The notes under the pieces are model-generated. The model searched no databases. It worked only from the letters and a program-made list of their open reading frames with translations, and was not told the DNA's origin. Shown here piece by piece: positions 24,898 to 45,074 of a stretch of 64,000 bases of DNA. Both the position numbers and the translations under genes were made by a program. The stretch's first letter is position 1, and every line of letters starts with the position of its first letter. The stretch is from the human T2T-CHM13v2.0 reference genome, Homo sapiens, in assembly GCF_009914755.1 (NCBI RefSeq), contig NC_060929.1; one strand, 5' to 3'.

Positions 24898-27800
24898 TCA
24901 ACATCTGTACCATAATCAGTCCTCTAATACATAAATACACTATGTCTCTTCATTTTTTTAGCCCTTCTTTAAATTTTTAGCAGTAATTTATATAATTTTC
25001 AGTACATAGATTATATACATGTTTGGTTAAGTTTATATGTAACCTACATATTTTATTTTATTTGGAACAATTATAAATGCTATTGAGTTTTAAATTTTGA
25101 CTTTCATATGGTAATTGTTAATATGTAGAAATGTAATTGATTTTTGTATATTGACCTCACACCTGCAACCCTGCTAAACTCACTCATTAGTTCAATGAGG
25201 GGTTTTAGTTGTTTTTCTTTTTAACATAGAAAATCGTGACATGCTCAAATAGTGAGTTTTTTTTTCATCTTAGTGCCTGAAAGTTTTTTGTTGTTCTCTT
25301 TTTCCTCTTTTCATAGACAATCATGACAACTTCAAATAATGAGAGTTTTATTGCTTTTTTTTAGTTACAACATCTTTAGTTTTCATTTATTTTTCTGTCT
25401 CATTACAGTTGGTAGGACTTCCAACATTGTGTTGAATGAGAGGGAACATATTTGTCTTTTTCCCAATATTACAGGGAAAGCATTAAGTCTTTCATGCTTA
25501 AGTATGATGCTAGTTGTAGATGTTTTGTATGCATTCTTTATCAAGTAGAGAAAGAACCCCTCTGGTCCTAGTTTGCTAAGAGTGTTATAAATGAGTGTTG
25601 ATTGTCAATGCTTTTTTGGATGCATTTATATGATCATATAATTTTTTTTCTTTAGTCTGCTGATATGGTAGATTCCATTGATTGGCTTTCAAAGAAGGGA
25701 CCAGACTAGTAGAAATGGAATAAATCTAGTAGGTCATGAAATATGGTTCTTTTTAAATATTGCTGGGTCTAATTTACTAATATTTTATTGAGGATATTTA
25801 CACAAATTTTTGAGTTTGCCTACTTTCTTTTAGCATAATGAATTTGAGATTCTTTTTTGTTGTACATGTCTGTAGTTCATTTCTTTTTGTTATTTGTATT
25901 TCATGGGTAGATAGAATTTGTCTATTTTCTGATTTAGGGACATTTGGGTTAATTTTTGTAGCTATGAAGGAAGTTGTCATAAACATTTGCTGAGGTTTTG
26001 TGGAAACCTTTTTCTTCATTAAATACCTAGCAGTGGGATCCATAGTTCATATGGTAAAAGTATAATTAAATTTATAAGAAATTACAAAGTATTTTCCAGA
26101 GTTGGTATGCAATTTTGCATTCTTTCGAACAATATGTGGAATTCTCAGTTGCCTTTTCATCCTGGCCAGCTCTTGAAACGGTGAATTTTGTTTGTTGGTT
26201 TGCATCAATTTGATCTATTCTTGTACGAATGTCGTAGGATTCTATTTTGATATTAATTTGCATTTCCTTAATTCCTAAAGTTGTTGAACATCTTTTGATG
26301 TGTTTGTCTTTTTTCTGTAATTTTTTAATTGTTGTAGTACAAGTCAAATATTTTGATCCCCCTTTATTAGCTTTTTTTGCTTTTTTATTACTAAATTTTG
26401 AAATTTCTTTCTATATTTTAAATACCATTATTTTAACAATGTTTTCTCCCAATCTATGACTTGTCTCTTTATTTTCTTAATTTTTTGAGCAGCAGAAGTT
26501 ATTAATTCTTATGAAATCTAATTCACAGATTTGTTTTTATATAGATTATTCTTTCGCTTTTCTAAGAAGTCTTTGCTTTCCTCAAGGTTACAAGTATTTT
26601 CTCACATACATTGTTTTAGAAGTTTTATAGTTTTATATTTTATATTTAGGTCTCTGATCCATTTTACATTAATATTTATATATGTCATGTGAAGTGAATT
26701 GAGGTTATTTGTGTGTGTGTCACATTTGTTTACTTAATTCCCAAATGCATAATATATAATGTTTGCAAACTTCTACTATAGTAAATAATAAAATTACTTA
26801 TGATCTAGCCACTCAAAAATCACCAGCTCTTGGCAGAACTGATTTGAAAGTATTCTGACAGAACCTAACAGAAGGACTTTCAATTGATGTTTTCTTCCAT
26901 GATGAGCACTTCCAGGCTGTTCTTTGCTGCAACTTGACCCCAATGTTTTAAAGATCTCAGGGCTCTGGTCACAATACTTCTATTTTTTAATTATTTTTTC
27001 ATAATGATCTAAGATTGGCTGTTATGTTACTAAATTTTTAAGCATTGTTTATAAACTTGATGTATCTACACATTTATGTACTACAGTAAAAATTGATTAA
27101 GACTTAAGGAAGCATGTATTTTTGTGGCCATTTTATTTTAAATTTCAAATAATTAGTATATTCAAGATGTCTCAGCCTAAGGCTTTCTCCCACCCCTAGT
27201 GGCTTGATTATGTATTCAATAATTTAAAAAACAAATCTCTTTAGAATTCTGAGGAGTGGAATGCCAAGATTATTAAAAAAATAAGCTTTTCTATACAATT
27301 TAGAGATACATGTATGGGTGTGTGTGTGTGTAATACAACTATTTAAAATATTCTAATATTCAAGTGTAAAACTAAAAGTAAAGAAAGTTTAGTATAAAAC
27401 ATTGTTAAAGAGACAAGAGACTCTGCTAAAAATATCTATATATTACAATATTCAAGTTGGACAAAAGGCTGACAATGATCAAACAAAAAATACTAATGAA
27501 AACTGTGTTTGCACCATCATTTGCATAGGAAGGCTTCTAGGGAATAGACTTCCAATGTAACAAAAAAGATTCTAGGCATTAAGAATAAGAGCATATCGTT
27601 ATTCCAAAGGAAAGCTGACAGAGGAGAAATAGCAATTGTATTATTAGCCTTTGTAAATTATGACATTTACTGAAACGATAATAATATTCTTCTCTAATTT
27701 GAAGTGCCAGTTTTACCTAATACATTTTTTCTAATACATTTTTTCTTTAATTAATAACTTGTTTTATGCTCATTGATCTGCATATCTGTTGCTGAGCCAA

Positions 27801-30233
27801 TATCAAAATGATTTAATTAATGAAGATTGATAAAACTTTGATATTATTTAGGCAAATTTTACACACCATCTTTTACTTTTTATCCATTTTATTTTTCATA
27901 TGAATTTTAAATTTAAATTTAAGGCTTATGAGGAAATACGATATTCAAATAAAATTATGCTATATGACTAGGTAAATTAGGGAAATCTAATCTTTTAACC
28001 ACTTATTGTTTCATTTGCAAATTATTCATTAGTCTCCATTTATGGAAATAAAATTTTGGTTCATACCTTAGATTTTTTATATCAATAAACCCTACTCATT
28101 TTTGTTAATTAATTATGTGTTTATTATATAATTTTGAATGCTACTGTTAAAAGTACCTTCAATTTTCTGTCTCTGAGAAGTTATTGTTAATATTAATCAA
28201 CACTATTAATTCTGAATAGTAACCTCATAGATGGCCAAATGACTGTGCTCTGCTATTTGTTTTCAATTGCTCATAATAAAAAAAAAATCTATTTCTGTGA
28301 AAACAGTTAAAACATACAGATTTTTATTTTAGTTTCTAAATAATCTCTAAAAAGTGAATAATTTTCCATTCAACCAAGTGGATATACTTTAAGGTTAACT
28401 TAATGTGCAAGTGGTTATGTATTTTAAAATATTCTATTGTTATTTTAAAATTTCATTTTACCGTGGTAATGCCAACTTTATTAATGATAGACAAGAAATT
28501 TTTCAACATGATGTGTAAACCACTTTGCTGTTTGTTCGCTCATTTGTTTATTTTCAATTCTCATGCTCACTTTAAGTTTTAAAAGTCTTTCTGAAATGTA
28601 TCTTATAATACAAGCACAGTGGAGGATCCCTTTATATCTCTCCACTGAGAAATAAAATCGTGAATAGGGCTCTTTCACCTATTCTCTGGTGTCTTATAAA
28701 AATACATGTGCTTTACTCCTTGTTTTTCACTGTTACATTTCAAATTAAACTCCTTATTATACAAAGAGCAGATTCACCCTGTGTGTTCCCACTGACATAC
28801 ACATCTCATGCTCCTCTTCCAGGCTGCCTTCTAGGAAGTCAATGGACTAACCAAGTGACCTTCTTCTGTCTTACTTCAACTATCACAACTATATCCGCTT
28901 TCTTTCTTCATGCCAAAAATGAACATTTGCCCTAAATAATTTCATGAATTTAAATAAATACAAGTGAATTTCCTATGAAATCATTACTTTTTTCCCACTA
29001 TTCTAATTCTGCAAAACAGTTAATAAAAGTTCAATGTAATTATAAAATGCAGTGCTCTGTGTTTCTGTATAAACCAATTAGCAAAATCATAGGATTAAAG
29101 AAAATGTGCACTGAATTCAAATGTATTGTCTGCATTAATTTTCCTTGAGCAATTAACTCTATGTGCCTTGAATGTAGAAGGAGAAAATAATTGATAAAAT
29201 GAGTAGTAAATATATATATGTATTTCTGTTTATATACCTATTTTATACATTAATAAATCTAAATGTAACACTAATAACAACATTTTGGTATTGTTTATGC
29301 ATTAGTGGTTGAGCCATATCCTAAGCTGAATTTTGTTCTTTCTATACACTTGTAGATTGTTTTACAATGAAAATGTTATTCACACTTATCCCATAGATCC
29401 TAATAACAAGTCAAAGACAGCAACTTACTTAATATCAAAAGAATGTTAAAACTGAAATTGTATCATAATGTGGTACAAAGAGTTAGGAGAATGGTTAAAA
29501 AATAGTTATAGGGAATGAATTAAAATAAGAAGTTAAAAGTCAGAGGTGCCTTTATGTTTTGTTTAATTTTAACAAAAATATGAAACTGTTATGGAAAGAT
29601 TCTGCTATGATGAGTACCATCTGGTCTTATTTTGTTATATAACAATTTGCATAAAATCTATTAAGTTTGCTGTATTGCATGCTTCAGGAATTTAATAACC
29701 CAGAATTATGGATGATATACAGTACTTGGCAACAAATGTTAATAAACAGATATTGTATTTCCAGCTAGAAATGCATATAGAAACTAATATGTAATTTTAG
29801 GCAAAATGAAACTATGGCAAATTGTTTTTATTATTTTTAGTAATTAATTTGCTCTAATTAAGAAGGTGAGATTTGTATTTCTGTGGTTCTAATTCTTTAG
29901 AGTACTAAAGAAAATGAAATTTCATCGTTAACTTGGTAGCTTTTAAAGTGGATCATATAATTCTTCTTAGTCTCTCTTATTCTCTCACTCACTTTCTCTT
30001 CTTTAAAACATAATGAATCCACATGAAATTCTCTATTAAATGTAAAAATAAAAGCGATTGCTAAAAAAGAAATTATATATGCAAAGTATCTACAGTGCCT
30101 TGTGTATATATAACAAAGTAGCAATCCCTTTTCATTCTGTTAGAAAGTTATTATTCTCTCTCTCTGAAATCTGAATTATTTCTAGATTTGGCCTCTTCTG
30201 AAGTAAAGAATACTGAAAACATATTTTCAGTGA

Positions 30234-30239
30234 TTTTTT

Positions 30240-30276
<37 letters not shown>

Positions 30277-30552
30277 ACAGTGTCTAGCTCTGTCACCCAG
30301 GCTGGAGTGCAGTATTGTGATCTTGGCTCACTGCAACTTCCGCCTCCCCGGTTCAAACGATTCTCCTGCTTCAGCCTCCTGAGGAGCTGGGACTACAGGT
30401 GTGCGCCACCCCGCCTAGCTAATTTTTGTATTTTTAGTAGAGACGGGGCTTCACCATGGTCACCAGGCTGGTCTCGAACTCCTGACCTCAACAATTCACC
30501 CATCTCAGTCTCCCAAAATGCTGGGATTACAGGTGTGAGCCACCTCACCTGC
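30234..30552 (-). mobile_element. Full-length Alu (AluS-like) with ~40-nt T tail
   Basis: Reversed Alu; TSD cagtgatttttt / cagtgatctttt. Confidence 0.95.
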
Positions 30553-31407
30553 TCATCACAGTGATCTTTTAACATAATACCTACACATCAGATACATGCA
30601 TGCTTTTTTCATATCCTGCTAAAGGCAACGTTATTAAACAATGCCAATGTATTCAGCCTTTTTATGAGATCCTCTACCTATAAATTGCAAAGTTCTCTAA
30701 AATCTGTGTGTGTCTACTATCAAGATGGTAGTAAGTACTTAAAAACATAGGCTTTCTATTCGTAGATCCTTATACCCAAATCTGCATTTCACCTCAAGTT
30801 ACTTGAGGGAACTGAGCCAAAGTTTCTTTCTAATTGTAAATTTTTTTACAATATGAAAACCTAATAGAAATTACTATACATGGTTAATGTGTAGATTAAG
30901 TGGAATGGGAAATATGTAGCTATGCTTGGCCCAGAGAAATAACACAAACAATACTAGCATTTTTAAAGCTATTCATTTTTGTTTCTGTTCAAAACCATGA
31001 AGTATTCTATCTTTATAAACTATAACTTGTGGAACCAAACAAATAGAAATATTTGTAATATTCCTAAGACATATAACAATTTTATACCATTAGAATACTT
31101 GACCAAACAATGGTATAGTGAGAGGGTGTGTATGTATAAGTGTGTGTGTGTTTGTACATATGATCTCCTTTGCGTCTGTCATACCCATTCACAATAAATA
31201 AAGATACATTACGGAACAACAATAGTGTTTTTCGTATATTTTTCTGATTTTGAATCAAGCAAATCTTATTATTTCAACCATTTATCTTTACTAGAATTGT
31301 TATTTTTGGAAAGTGTAAAATAATTTTGCTTTTGTTTTTAAGGTTTTCTCTTAATTCTTCATGTTTTATTCACTTTGGAACAGAAATTGAGACAAATAGC
31401 CTCAACC

Positions 31408-31760
31408 AGCTAGTCAGCCAGCCAATCAACAACTCTATATTGAGTATCTGTTATGTGTCAGACACAGATGACAAGTCTTCAAGAAACAGTAATGAAACAG
31501 TCATGGTTTCTACCTTCAAGAACATCTAAATTTAATCAAATATGGAAAAGTAAAGACATAAGTACAGTGCAATAATATGACATTCATATAAAAACTATGT
31601 AAAAGACATCAAGAGAACACAGAGTAAGTGACTTTAATTACTGATTTAATAGAGATGTGGTAGTCAATATAGTCTTTGAAGTATGAACAGGAATTCACAT
31701 GGTAGAGAAAAATATGTTGTCCTTTTGAATAACAACAAAAACAATAGCTCTGGCAGGATT
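31408..31760 (-). mobile_element. L2 3' end fragment
   Basis: 'caacaactctatattgagtatctgttatgtgtcagacac...gtcatggtttctaccttcaagaa' typical of reversed L2 3' ends. Confidence 0.7.
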
Positions 31761-31959
31761 AGAAACAGGATGATTCCCAAGTGGTGAGAAATTCTAATAT
31801 ATATACATTAGGGTTTTTTTTCAAAATAGTAATATATTACTCCAGTATTAGTCAGTATAGTGTTCTTTAGAATGTTTACTTTTAGAAAAAATAAATTGAG
31901 AATAGTAAACTGTATGCAATATTCATTTTATAATATATAAAAAACTACTAAATATTGAG

Positions 31960-32130
31960 TATCCTCATAGGATATTTGACAAGTGTTGCTACTGTTTCCC
32001 TAATTTACATATGAACATTCTATAGTATATGAGAGTATTTTGCCTGTGATTATGTAACCGATAAATGGATACAGTTGTATTCAAATTAACATGTGGATTA
32101 CTAAAACACATGCATTTTCCCTCTACAATA
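31960..32130 (-). mobile_element. MIR fragment
   Basis: Weak match to reversed MIR core (ccctaatttacatatgaa...ttgcctgtgattatgtaaccgataaatgg). Confidence 0.5.
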
Positions 32131-32458
32131 TACTACTTCCAGATCTTCTTATTTAAAATTCTTTGATTTCAGTTCATTTTATTTTCAGAGAGTAACTAAC
32201 TTGATGGATTGGGCAGGACTATTTATCTATATCACATTCCATTCACTCACAACACATGTATTGGGTGTCTATTGTCAGTGGCATTCCCTACTTGTGAGCG
32301 ATATTGCCGAAAACTAGGCCACTCCTTCCTTTGTAAGATAGGTTAGTACACAGGTAATTACAATGTGTAATCTGTACAAATGACTGTATCCTGCCTGTAA
32401 TATAATTAGTCACATTTCCCCTGTATCTCTAAATTAAGCTTCAAGTGTTGAAACCCAC

Positions 32459-33021
32459 TGTCAGATCAAAAATTCCACTGAAGAAAGTGAAACATGCAAG
32501 AAAGTCTTTATTCAAGACTATTGCAATGGGAGAAGGGAACATAACTCACTTTGAAATTAATCCACTGAAATGTAAAGCATGAGGATTTTTAAGTGCTAGT
32601 GTGAGTTATGGAAAACATATCCCAGAACTTTAGGGAGAGGTAGATCAATGGGATATGTTAGACATATTCACTTTTTTTGGTTTGCAAATGTTTTTCTCTG
32701 TGATTAGGCCTTTTGTATTTGCCAGTAGGTACCCATTAAAGTTACACTTCTACCCTCCTGCAGACAGGGGAACTATTTTTTTTTTTTTTTTTTTGATGAC
32801 TGCATTTCAAAAGGATGACTTCCAGCTTCTTTAAAAATTATTCTTGGGTAGTAAAACTGGCAAGAGGTTTTTAAAAGATTTACATCTCCAAGGGGCAGAG
32901 AAAAAATTTACATATTTTCTGAAGTAAATGCTCTAAGAAATGGAAGGTCAGGGCAGAAAGTCAGGAAAAAACCTGTCTAAATTTTAGTCAAGCTGAGAAA
33001 ACATTAAGCCCTTCTTGGTCA
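32459..33021 (-). mobile_element. MER31-like ERV1 solo LTR
   Basis: tg...ca termini, reversed AATAAA near the left end, 'aacctgtctaaattttagtcaagctgag' near the right end. Confidence 0.75.
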
Positions 33022-33711
33022 CAAACTATGTTAACTTGTCAGTAGGTACATTTCCAACATGCTTTTTCTTTCATGCTATCTCCCTTGTGTGACTTAAGAC
33101 CCTTGGGTACCTAAACCAAGCTCTGAACACTCGTGTGTAGAAAAGTCTTGTTTAATGAATTTTATTTAGACTATAAATCATTGACCCATACAGTATATAA
33201 AATAAATACAGGGCACATTTTCAATTTGAGAAATTCCATATATATTAATATTTCTGGGGGTTTTTTTTGCTGCCCTTGAAAATTGGGAAATCTGGTTACA
33301 GTAGGCATTTGTATTTGTAACTCCTGTCTTATATAATCTAATGAAAAGTCATCCAATGACTCCATAAGCAAGTTGTGGAGAACCCTGGTGACTGCTAGTC
33401 CATTGCTGCCATTTCTGATATTGATCCCCTCCATCATGTGGTATAGCTGTTGCATATGAGCTAGATGCCTTTAAGTGTTCTTTGGCTTCCTCTATACCCA
33501 CAACAGTGTGGTTGTGCAATAAAAAATCCATTGATAATGTTTCACACTTCTATTAGCCACAGTGAATACATCTTTTCCAAGTAGGCTTACCTGTAATCAA
33601 GACTTAGCGTATTTTTATTATAGATAACTATATTTCAAAGTATATTTTAAGAGCCTTGTATATAAGAGGATATGATATACACCAGATCAGGTTCTTACTT
33701 GAAAGAGGTTC

Positions 33712-33935
33712 TTTTTTTTTTTTGATAATTACATCTCTTTATTATAGTAAACAAATAAAAATTGTATATATTTACAATGTATAATGTGACTTTTTGATAT
33801 ACGTATACATTGTGAAATTGTTAATCAAGCTAATTAATGTGTCTAGCACCTCATACATCATTTTTTGTGGTGAGAATAATTCAGTCTACTCTTCAAACCA
33901 TTTAGAGAACACATTTAACTGATGCAGCTTTAGTT
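33712..33935 (-). other. L1 3'-transduced segment with its own poly(A) tail; contains an L1MA 3' end remnant
   Basis: Lies between the L1PA tail and the TSD; T-run 33712-33723; reversed AATAAA at 33738-33743. Confidence 0.85.
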
Positions 33936-38414
<4,479 letters not shown>

Positions 38415-38454
38415 GAGGTTCTTCTAGTTGAAAAACTGTTGAATAATGAACCAG

Positions 38455-38765
<311 letters not shown>

Positions 38766-38772
38766 TGGGCCG

Positions 38773-39064
38773 TTTTTTTTTTTTTTTTCTATTTTAAGAC
38801 AAGATCTTGCTCTGTTACCCCAGGTGGAGGGCAGTGGCAAAATGCAGCCTCATCCTCTTGAAATCAAGACATCCTCCTGCGTCAGCCTCCCAAATAGCTG
38901 AGATTACAGACATGCGCCACAACACACAGCCAACTTTTTATTTTTTATAAAGATGAGGTCCCACTACGTTGCCTAAGCTCTTCTTCAACTCCTGGGTTCA
39001 AGCTATCTGCCCACCTCCACCTCTCAAAGTGCTGGGATTACAAGAGTGAGCCACTATGCCCTGC
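38773..39064 (-). mobile_element. AluJ-like element in tandem with the previous Alu
   Basis: T-tail and diverged reversed arms. Confidence 0.9.
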
Positions 39065-39180
39065 TGTGTTTTAAATGGCACCATAATATGAAAGAGCTCC
39101 TCACATATTATTTTTTATATAATATTTTATGCCATGACTTACATGAAGACAAAAAGTTTGATTTTACAACCTTGGCAGAA

Positions 39181-39371
39181 GCTTTCAAGTTGTTTGGGAT
39201 AACTAACTTGCATTATTTATATGATTGCATTGGATTAGACCTCTTTGTTAGCATCTACAGCAAGACAAGTTAATAGCTTCCAAGTTGTTTGAGATAACTA
39301 ATTTGACTTATTTATATGGTTACATTTGATTAGACCTCTTTGTTAGCATCTACAGCAAGAAAAGTTAATAG
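39181..39371. repeat. 95-bp tandem duplication (2 copies, about 90% identical)
   Basis: Copies start at 39181 and 39276; about 9 substitutions, no indels. Confidence 0.95.
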
Positions 39372-40664
39372 AAACAATTGTAACATAATTTGTGGCCAGT
39401 AAGCAGTCCACATGAACAAAAAATCTTGGAATTTTAGTTAATCTACTATGAGGTTTTGCTTCCTGAAATAGCTGATCAAACTTATTTACATTATTACCTG
39501 ATAGTATTCAGAACTGATGATAAAAACAAGCAATTATTCTCTAGTGTTAGTGAAATTATTTCAGTGGTATTAAGGTAAGTCTGGAGGCAATCTATTATAA
39601 ATGGGATCAATAGTTTACAGTATCCTGGAGTTATATATGATTATTAAATAGATCAATAAATAAATTAATGCAGAGACATAGTTATAAAAAGTCTGGAAAA
39701 TTTATGATTCAAGAAAAACATTAGCTGATAAGCTTATTCCTGTAGAAAATATGTCTGTATTTTTAAATACATTGTCCTTAAAATAAATTAAGTGTTCTCT
39801 AGAAAATATTATTTTACGTTTAACCCTATGTTGGAGTCACAAAATAATAAAAGTAAAACAAATATGCCATTATGCTGGGATAAATTGATTTGTGATCTAT
39901 TACAAAGAAAATTTAAATCTTAATACAGCCCACTAAATTAAGCTGAGAATTCTATGATTCAAAATCACATAGATAATTCTAAATATAAATAATTTATTAG
40001 AGTGTTCATATATAGGCCAAAATTCTTTCACAGTGTATATAGTAGCCATTTTTAAAGCTGTGTATGGAGAAATCAATAAAAATAAGATTCAGAAAGTTTT
40101 TGTAGTTTAATTTTAACCCAGTGCTTATAAGACTTAGCCTAATAAAATTGAGAAGACAAGAAAAATTAAGTTTGTGAAATTGATTCTTAAAGAGCAGAGA
40201 TTTTCTGGAGCTCAGCAGGTATGTGATATTTTCATAGCTAGAAATATGATTCAAAGAATAAAAATGTTTTCAACATGAAAGTGGGTATTATAATTGTCTA
40301 AAAATTCAGGATTTAAATATTATTCTAAAGTTATCCTTTTTAAAGTGATATTACAATTTTGTATTTATGTGTGTGTGTTCATGTGTTTTCACACAAAATG
40401 TGACATACAAAGGCTATCCAGAAGTTAATTTAAATTAAGTAGCACCGAGAAACGAAACTCCAAACCAGGATCACAATCATACTGACTCTGTGGTGGGGTA
40501 TGAAATAAGGGACAATTAAAAAATAAGCTTTTCTATTCACTGTCATTTCTGTGCTCACTGTGTAAATCAATCAAATGGGAATCCTTGTCTTCAAAGGTTA
40601 AAATATGGGTGTAGCAAGTTTGTAGAAAATCTACTAAAACGTCTATGGTCATTATCAATCTTAA

Positions 40665-41250
40665 TTCTTCAAAATGCAAATGACAGAAAACTCATATTGA
40701 CTTAGGATAAAAAGAATGTATTGGATTAAATAATTGAAATGTCCCAATATGGCTACAGTTGGATATTCAAAGGATTTAAGAAAAACATGTGCTTATCTCT
40801 ATATCTTAGCTTTGATTTCTATTGTGCTTTCTAAATTCGGACTGAGTCTTCCACACCATGCAAGCTGATCTCGAGTAGCCTTAAGCTCAATGTCTATGAT
40901 CTTGACAATATCAGTAGAAGCAGATTGCTTATATTTACAACAGTTCCAACAACAACTCTGAACTCTCATTGACCTAGGGTTGCATACTCATCTCCATTAG
41001 ACTAGATAAGGTTTGCTGCAGTCGTAAACACTCACCAAGCTTATTGTAGTTTAACACGAGAAAGTTTTATTTGTTGCTCAAGTCATGTCTGATGCAGTCA
41101 TGCCGTCTTCAACTTACGACTCATGCCCTTAAATGTCTCCACAGCAGAGAAGAGAGAGGAACTACAGGAAAAGCACTATTTACTGGCTTGAAAAGGTTTC
41201 AATCAACGGACCCACCTGAACACAGGAGATATGGCTAAATATACCTTCAT
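40665..41250 (-). mobile_element. Old MLT1 (I/J/K-like) LTR fragments
   Basis: 'tgcaaatgacagaaaactca' and 'ggtttgctgcagtcgtaaaca...gtagtttaacacgagaaagttttattt' motifs. Confidence 0.5.
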
Positions 41251-41832
41251 GTGTGCCAAGAAAGAGGAAAAGGAACAGGACTTGTTCCTGCCATGCCTTA
41301 CTTTCCCAATCACTTTTCACTGAGGTTTGGTACGCGAGTGAACCAGACTAGGGTAACATATTCGCTCCTAATGTGGGCGGAGGTAGGAGGGTCAACACCA
41401 ATGGCATTACAGGGGGCGTGGTGGTGGGGAGAATTCTCAAAATAACACAGAGTAGCTTTTGTAGATCAATGAGGGAATTGAGGCAGAAACACTAGATAGA
41501 CTGACAAGCAAACTGCTCAGATATATAAAAGTTGTCTAGAGAAATGTTACCTTCTTATTTTTATCAAATAGTAATCCAGTTTGTCACATTTTAGTTGCTG
41601 TGTTTTTTTCATTATCTCATCTTCCCCAACCAAATATTGATAATAAAGTTGATGGCTAAATAACTGAAATATTATTATAAAAATGTCCTGATGCCATACT
41701 TAATGATGCTGTATTTCAGTAGGTATAATAAAAATGAATTTTCACTAAGGAGTACTATTTATTTTCAAGAAAGACACACTCTATGTGTATATTTGATAGA
41801 TTACTATAAACTACAAGTCATTTTTGGAGTTA

Positions 41833-42048
<216 letters not shown>

Positions 42049-43304
42049 AAGAAATAAGAGGTATCTGAGTTACTAATACATATTCAAATTTGTGAAGATA
42101 TCTTTAGATATTTTCCAGAATAATATATTCCTAGAATTTTAAAGTTAAAAATAATGCATCTCATCTGATCCAACAGGAATCTTATGTGTGAATGCCTTGT
42201 CTCTGACTGCATGCCACATGTATTGAATATTGGGTTACCGCAGTCTTTTTTATATTTAGATTCAATCCATATACCAAAATATTAATAGCTACCACATTTA
42301 TTCATACGACTATTACCAGAGTTTAATGAAAATTGAGTTTCATCCAAAAGTTCTAATGAAATGAATAGAATGTTCCATTGACACCTAACAAATGTGTTGT
42401 GCAGACAGAAATCAGAAGTTCTGAATAGTCTCATATGCAAAGCTAACATCACTGTTTTATTTCTGTCAGGTCTATTATCTTGCCATTTTATTTTTTAGGT
42501 ACTACGTTTAATTGATCTGCTGTCTCAAACAGGGAAAATTTCATCTTAATGCATTACGCAAATTAATTGCTAATCCATCATAGTCTCATTTAGTTCTTTA
42601 AAATACTATACAACAGGCTTATATTAAAAGCATGCCCAGCTACATTCAGATTGGATGTGCCTGATGTTATCACTTTTCCCCTGCCTCTAAAGAATTCTAT
42701 ATAGAAATGGGCTATCTGGGATCCTGGAAAGGCAGAGATTGTTCAGGGTCACCTGGGAAGGGATCCCATTGCCTTTGCTGAGAGGATATGGCCTCGCTGA
42801 TGCTGTGCTGCTGCAGATATAGAAAAACATTAATATGTATAATATTTACTTAAGAGAGTTGCAGAGATTAGTAGTGTAAATCTTTGAAGAAGATGCTGCA
42901 ACCTGGAGTATGAAAAGATTGTGGAAAGACAAGAATGTGGCAGTGTTTCCAACTCTGACAAGACATTACCCGTATGAAGAGTGTCCCCAGATAGAAACGG
43001 GAGGACAGAAAAAGTCACTCTAATTTATATCCCATTTACTTGTGCTCTGTACAGCCATTACTACATCTTTGGTTTTAAAAAATTAGGAATAAATGTGTTT
43101 TTACTGTCTTTCCCCACCAATCCATATTCTATTTGAAAATTGTCAAAGGATATTCTTTGAATTTTCATTTCTTTTAAAGCTTACTCCTGTAAGGTAGTAA
43201 ACTTAATACCCTTTCTTGCCTTGTCTGAAAACTCATAGTGACCTCATCAGAGCTTACTGAGCCTCTAAATCTAACTTTACATTCACCAAAAACTTAGGCA
43301 ATGG

Positions 43305-43640
43305 AGGAATATGTTAGATGACATCATGAGAATGAAATAATACAATTTCAGAAAGTGAGAAATTCTAAAGAATAAATGAGCCCATTTAAACAGTGAATGA
43401 ATAAATAAAAGGCATGAACCAGACTAAATGAAGAAGAGGCTGTAATAAAGTAAATGATGGACCCCATTTGGATCTGGATTATATAAAAATGTATTTTTAA
43501 TATTTCAAAAAGATGAGCATGGACTGTTATTACAGAATATGAATGGACTATGTTTAATCTTTTAGGTTTGATGATGATACTATTATAGTGAAATCCTTAT
43601 CTATTTGTGATATATAGTAATGTATTTATTGAGAAAAAAG
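43305..43640 (+). mobile_element. L1ME3-like 3' fragment
   Basis: 'gacatcatgagaatgaaat...gaaagtgagaaattcta...tggaccccatttggatctggatt'. Confidence 0.55.
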
Positions 43641-45074
43641 TGTTTCAATGACGTTCATCGTTTTATGATAATGTCATTCCTCAGTGACAAAAGCCATGTG
43701 AAGTATACTTAACTGAGAAAAAGTACAATTATTCTTGATTATATCAGACAATGTCACCACTGTGGCAATCAGAAGTGTTTGACAGGTTCAGTTACATGCA
43801 TCAGTTCTTGCTACGTTTCATGTATATGAATAAAATATGTAAATATATATATGTAGGTGTATGGACACACATGCCTACAGAGACATACATATTTATTACT
43901 TAAGTTCATTCCTTTTCATTTTGACTATTTCTTGAACATTGAAAAGAAACAGAAATTATTTGAATTGGCTACCTAAGAAATGCTGCTACAAAGTCTACAG
44001 AAAGAAAACTGCACTTTAAAGTTTTGTCCCTGCTTAGAAAATTTTAATCCTATAAGGCTTGGGAGGATGTAGGCCACATTAGAAAAGCACAAAGAAAGAA
44101 AAGAAAGTGGAATTTTTGCAACTTCTAAGATTTTTCCAAATTTTAATAGCAAGATGCATAAATCATATTGGAGGTCTATTTTTAATGCAATTATTTACAT
44201 ATTAATACCATTAAAATCCTTGAACATTTGTAAATAAATAACTAACATATTTGATACTTTAATATGAAGTTCAAAAAACACCCGGTATGTAGGTACTTTT
44301 AAAACTCTAAAAAAGCTTTAAATAAATGTTTAGACATTATGGCAAGACTGTACCAAATGCTATGATTAATGTTACTAAACACTTTCTATTACAAACTTCT
44401 GTTTTCAGAACCTGACATTATTCTGAAAAAGTCTTGGTTTGCACGAAAGTGTCGCATGTTTTGCCTTTTTCCAAGGTGATTTTTTTCTCACACGTGGGAG
44501 GAAAATCTGTTCCTCTTTTCCAACAAGTGAGAATGGGGAAAAATATAATTTTTCATTGTAAAAATAATTTTCTACCTATTTTTATTTAAAGTAGTTCAAA
44601 TGGCATGCTTATATAACTATTATAAATAATTTTGCACTTTTCATTTTGATTCTAAAAATTATACATAATCATTGTAAAACTATTTAGAAACAGAGAAGCA
44701 TTTACAGAAATACAAAAACCCACACATAGAAATCAGCATATTTCGTATTTTTTCCAGTTCTTTTCAATCTTTAAAGATGAATACATATATACTGAATATT
44801 TTGAGTATTGGAATACATAAATATATAGCAACAAGACATGTTTTAAAATATTCTAAATTGTAAGTTTTAATGGCTCCATAATAATTTGTTAAAATATGAG
44901 CTATAATTGTTTAATCAATAATCAATAGTGGAACAAGTATTTTGTTTCCAATTTCCTATTATAAAAATTAAAATATATCATTATCTGCACCTATATTTGT
45001 AAGACTCAATGTTTTTGCAGAAACCTTTTTGAATTGAAAGACTGCTAACTGCCAACTGATATATATTCTCTTAT

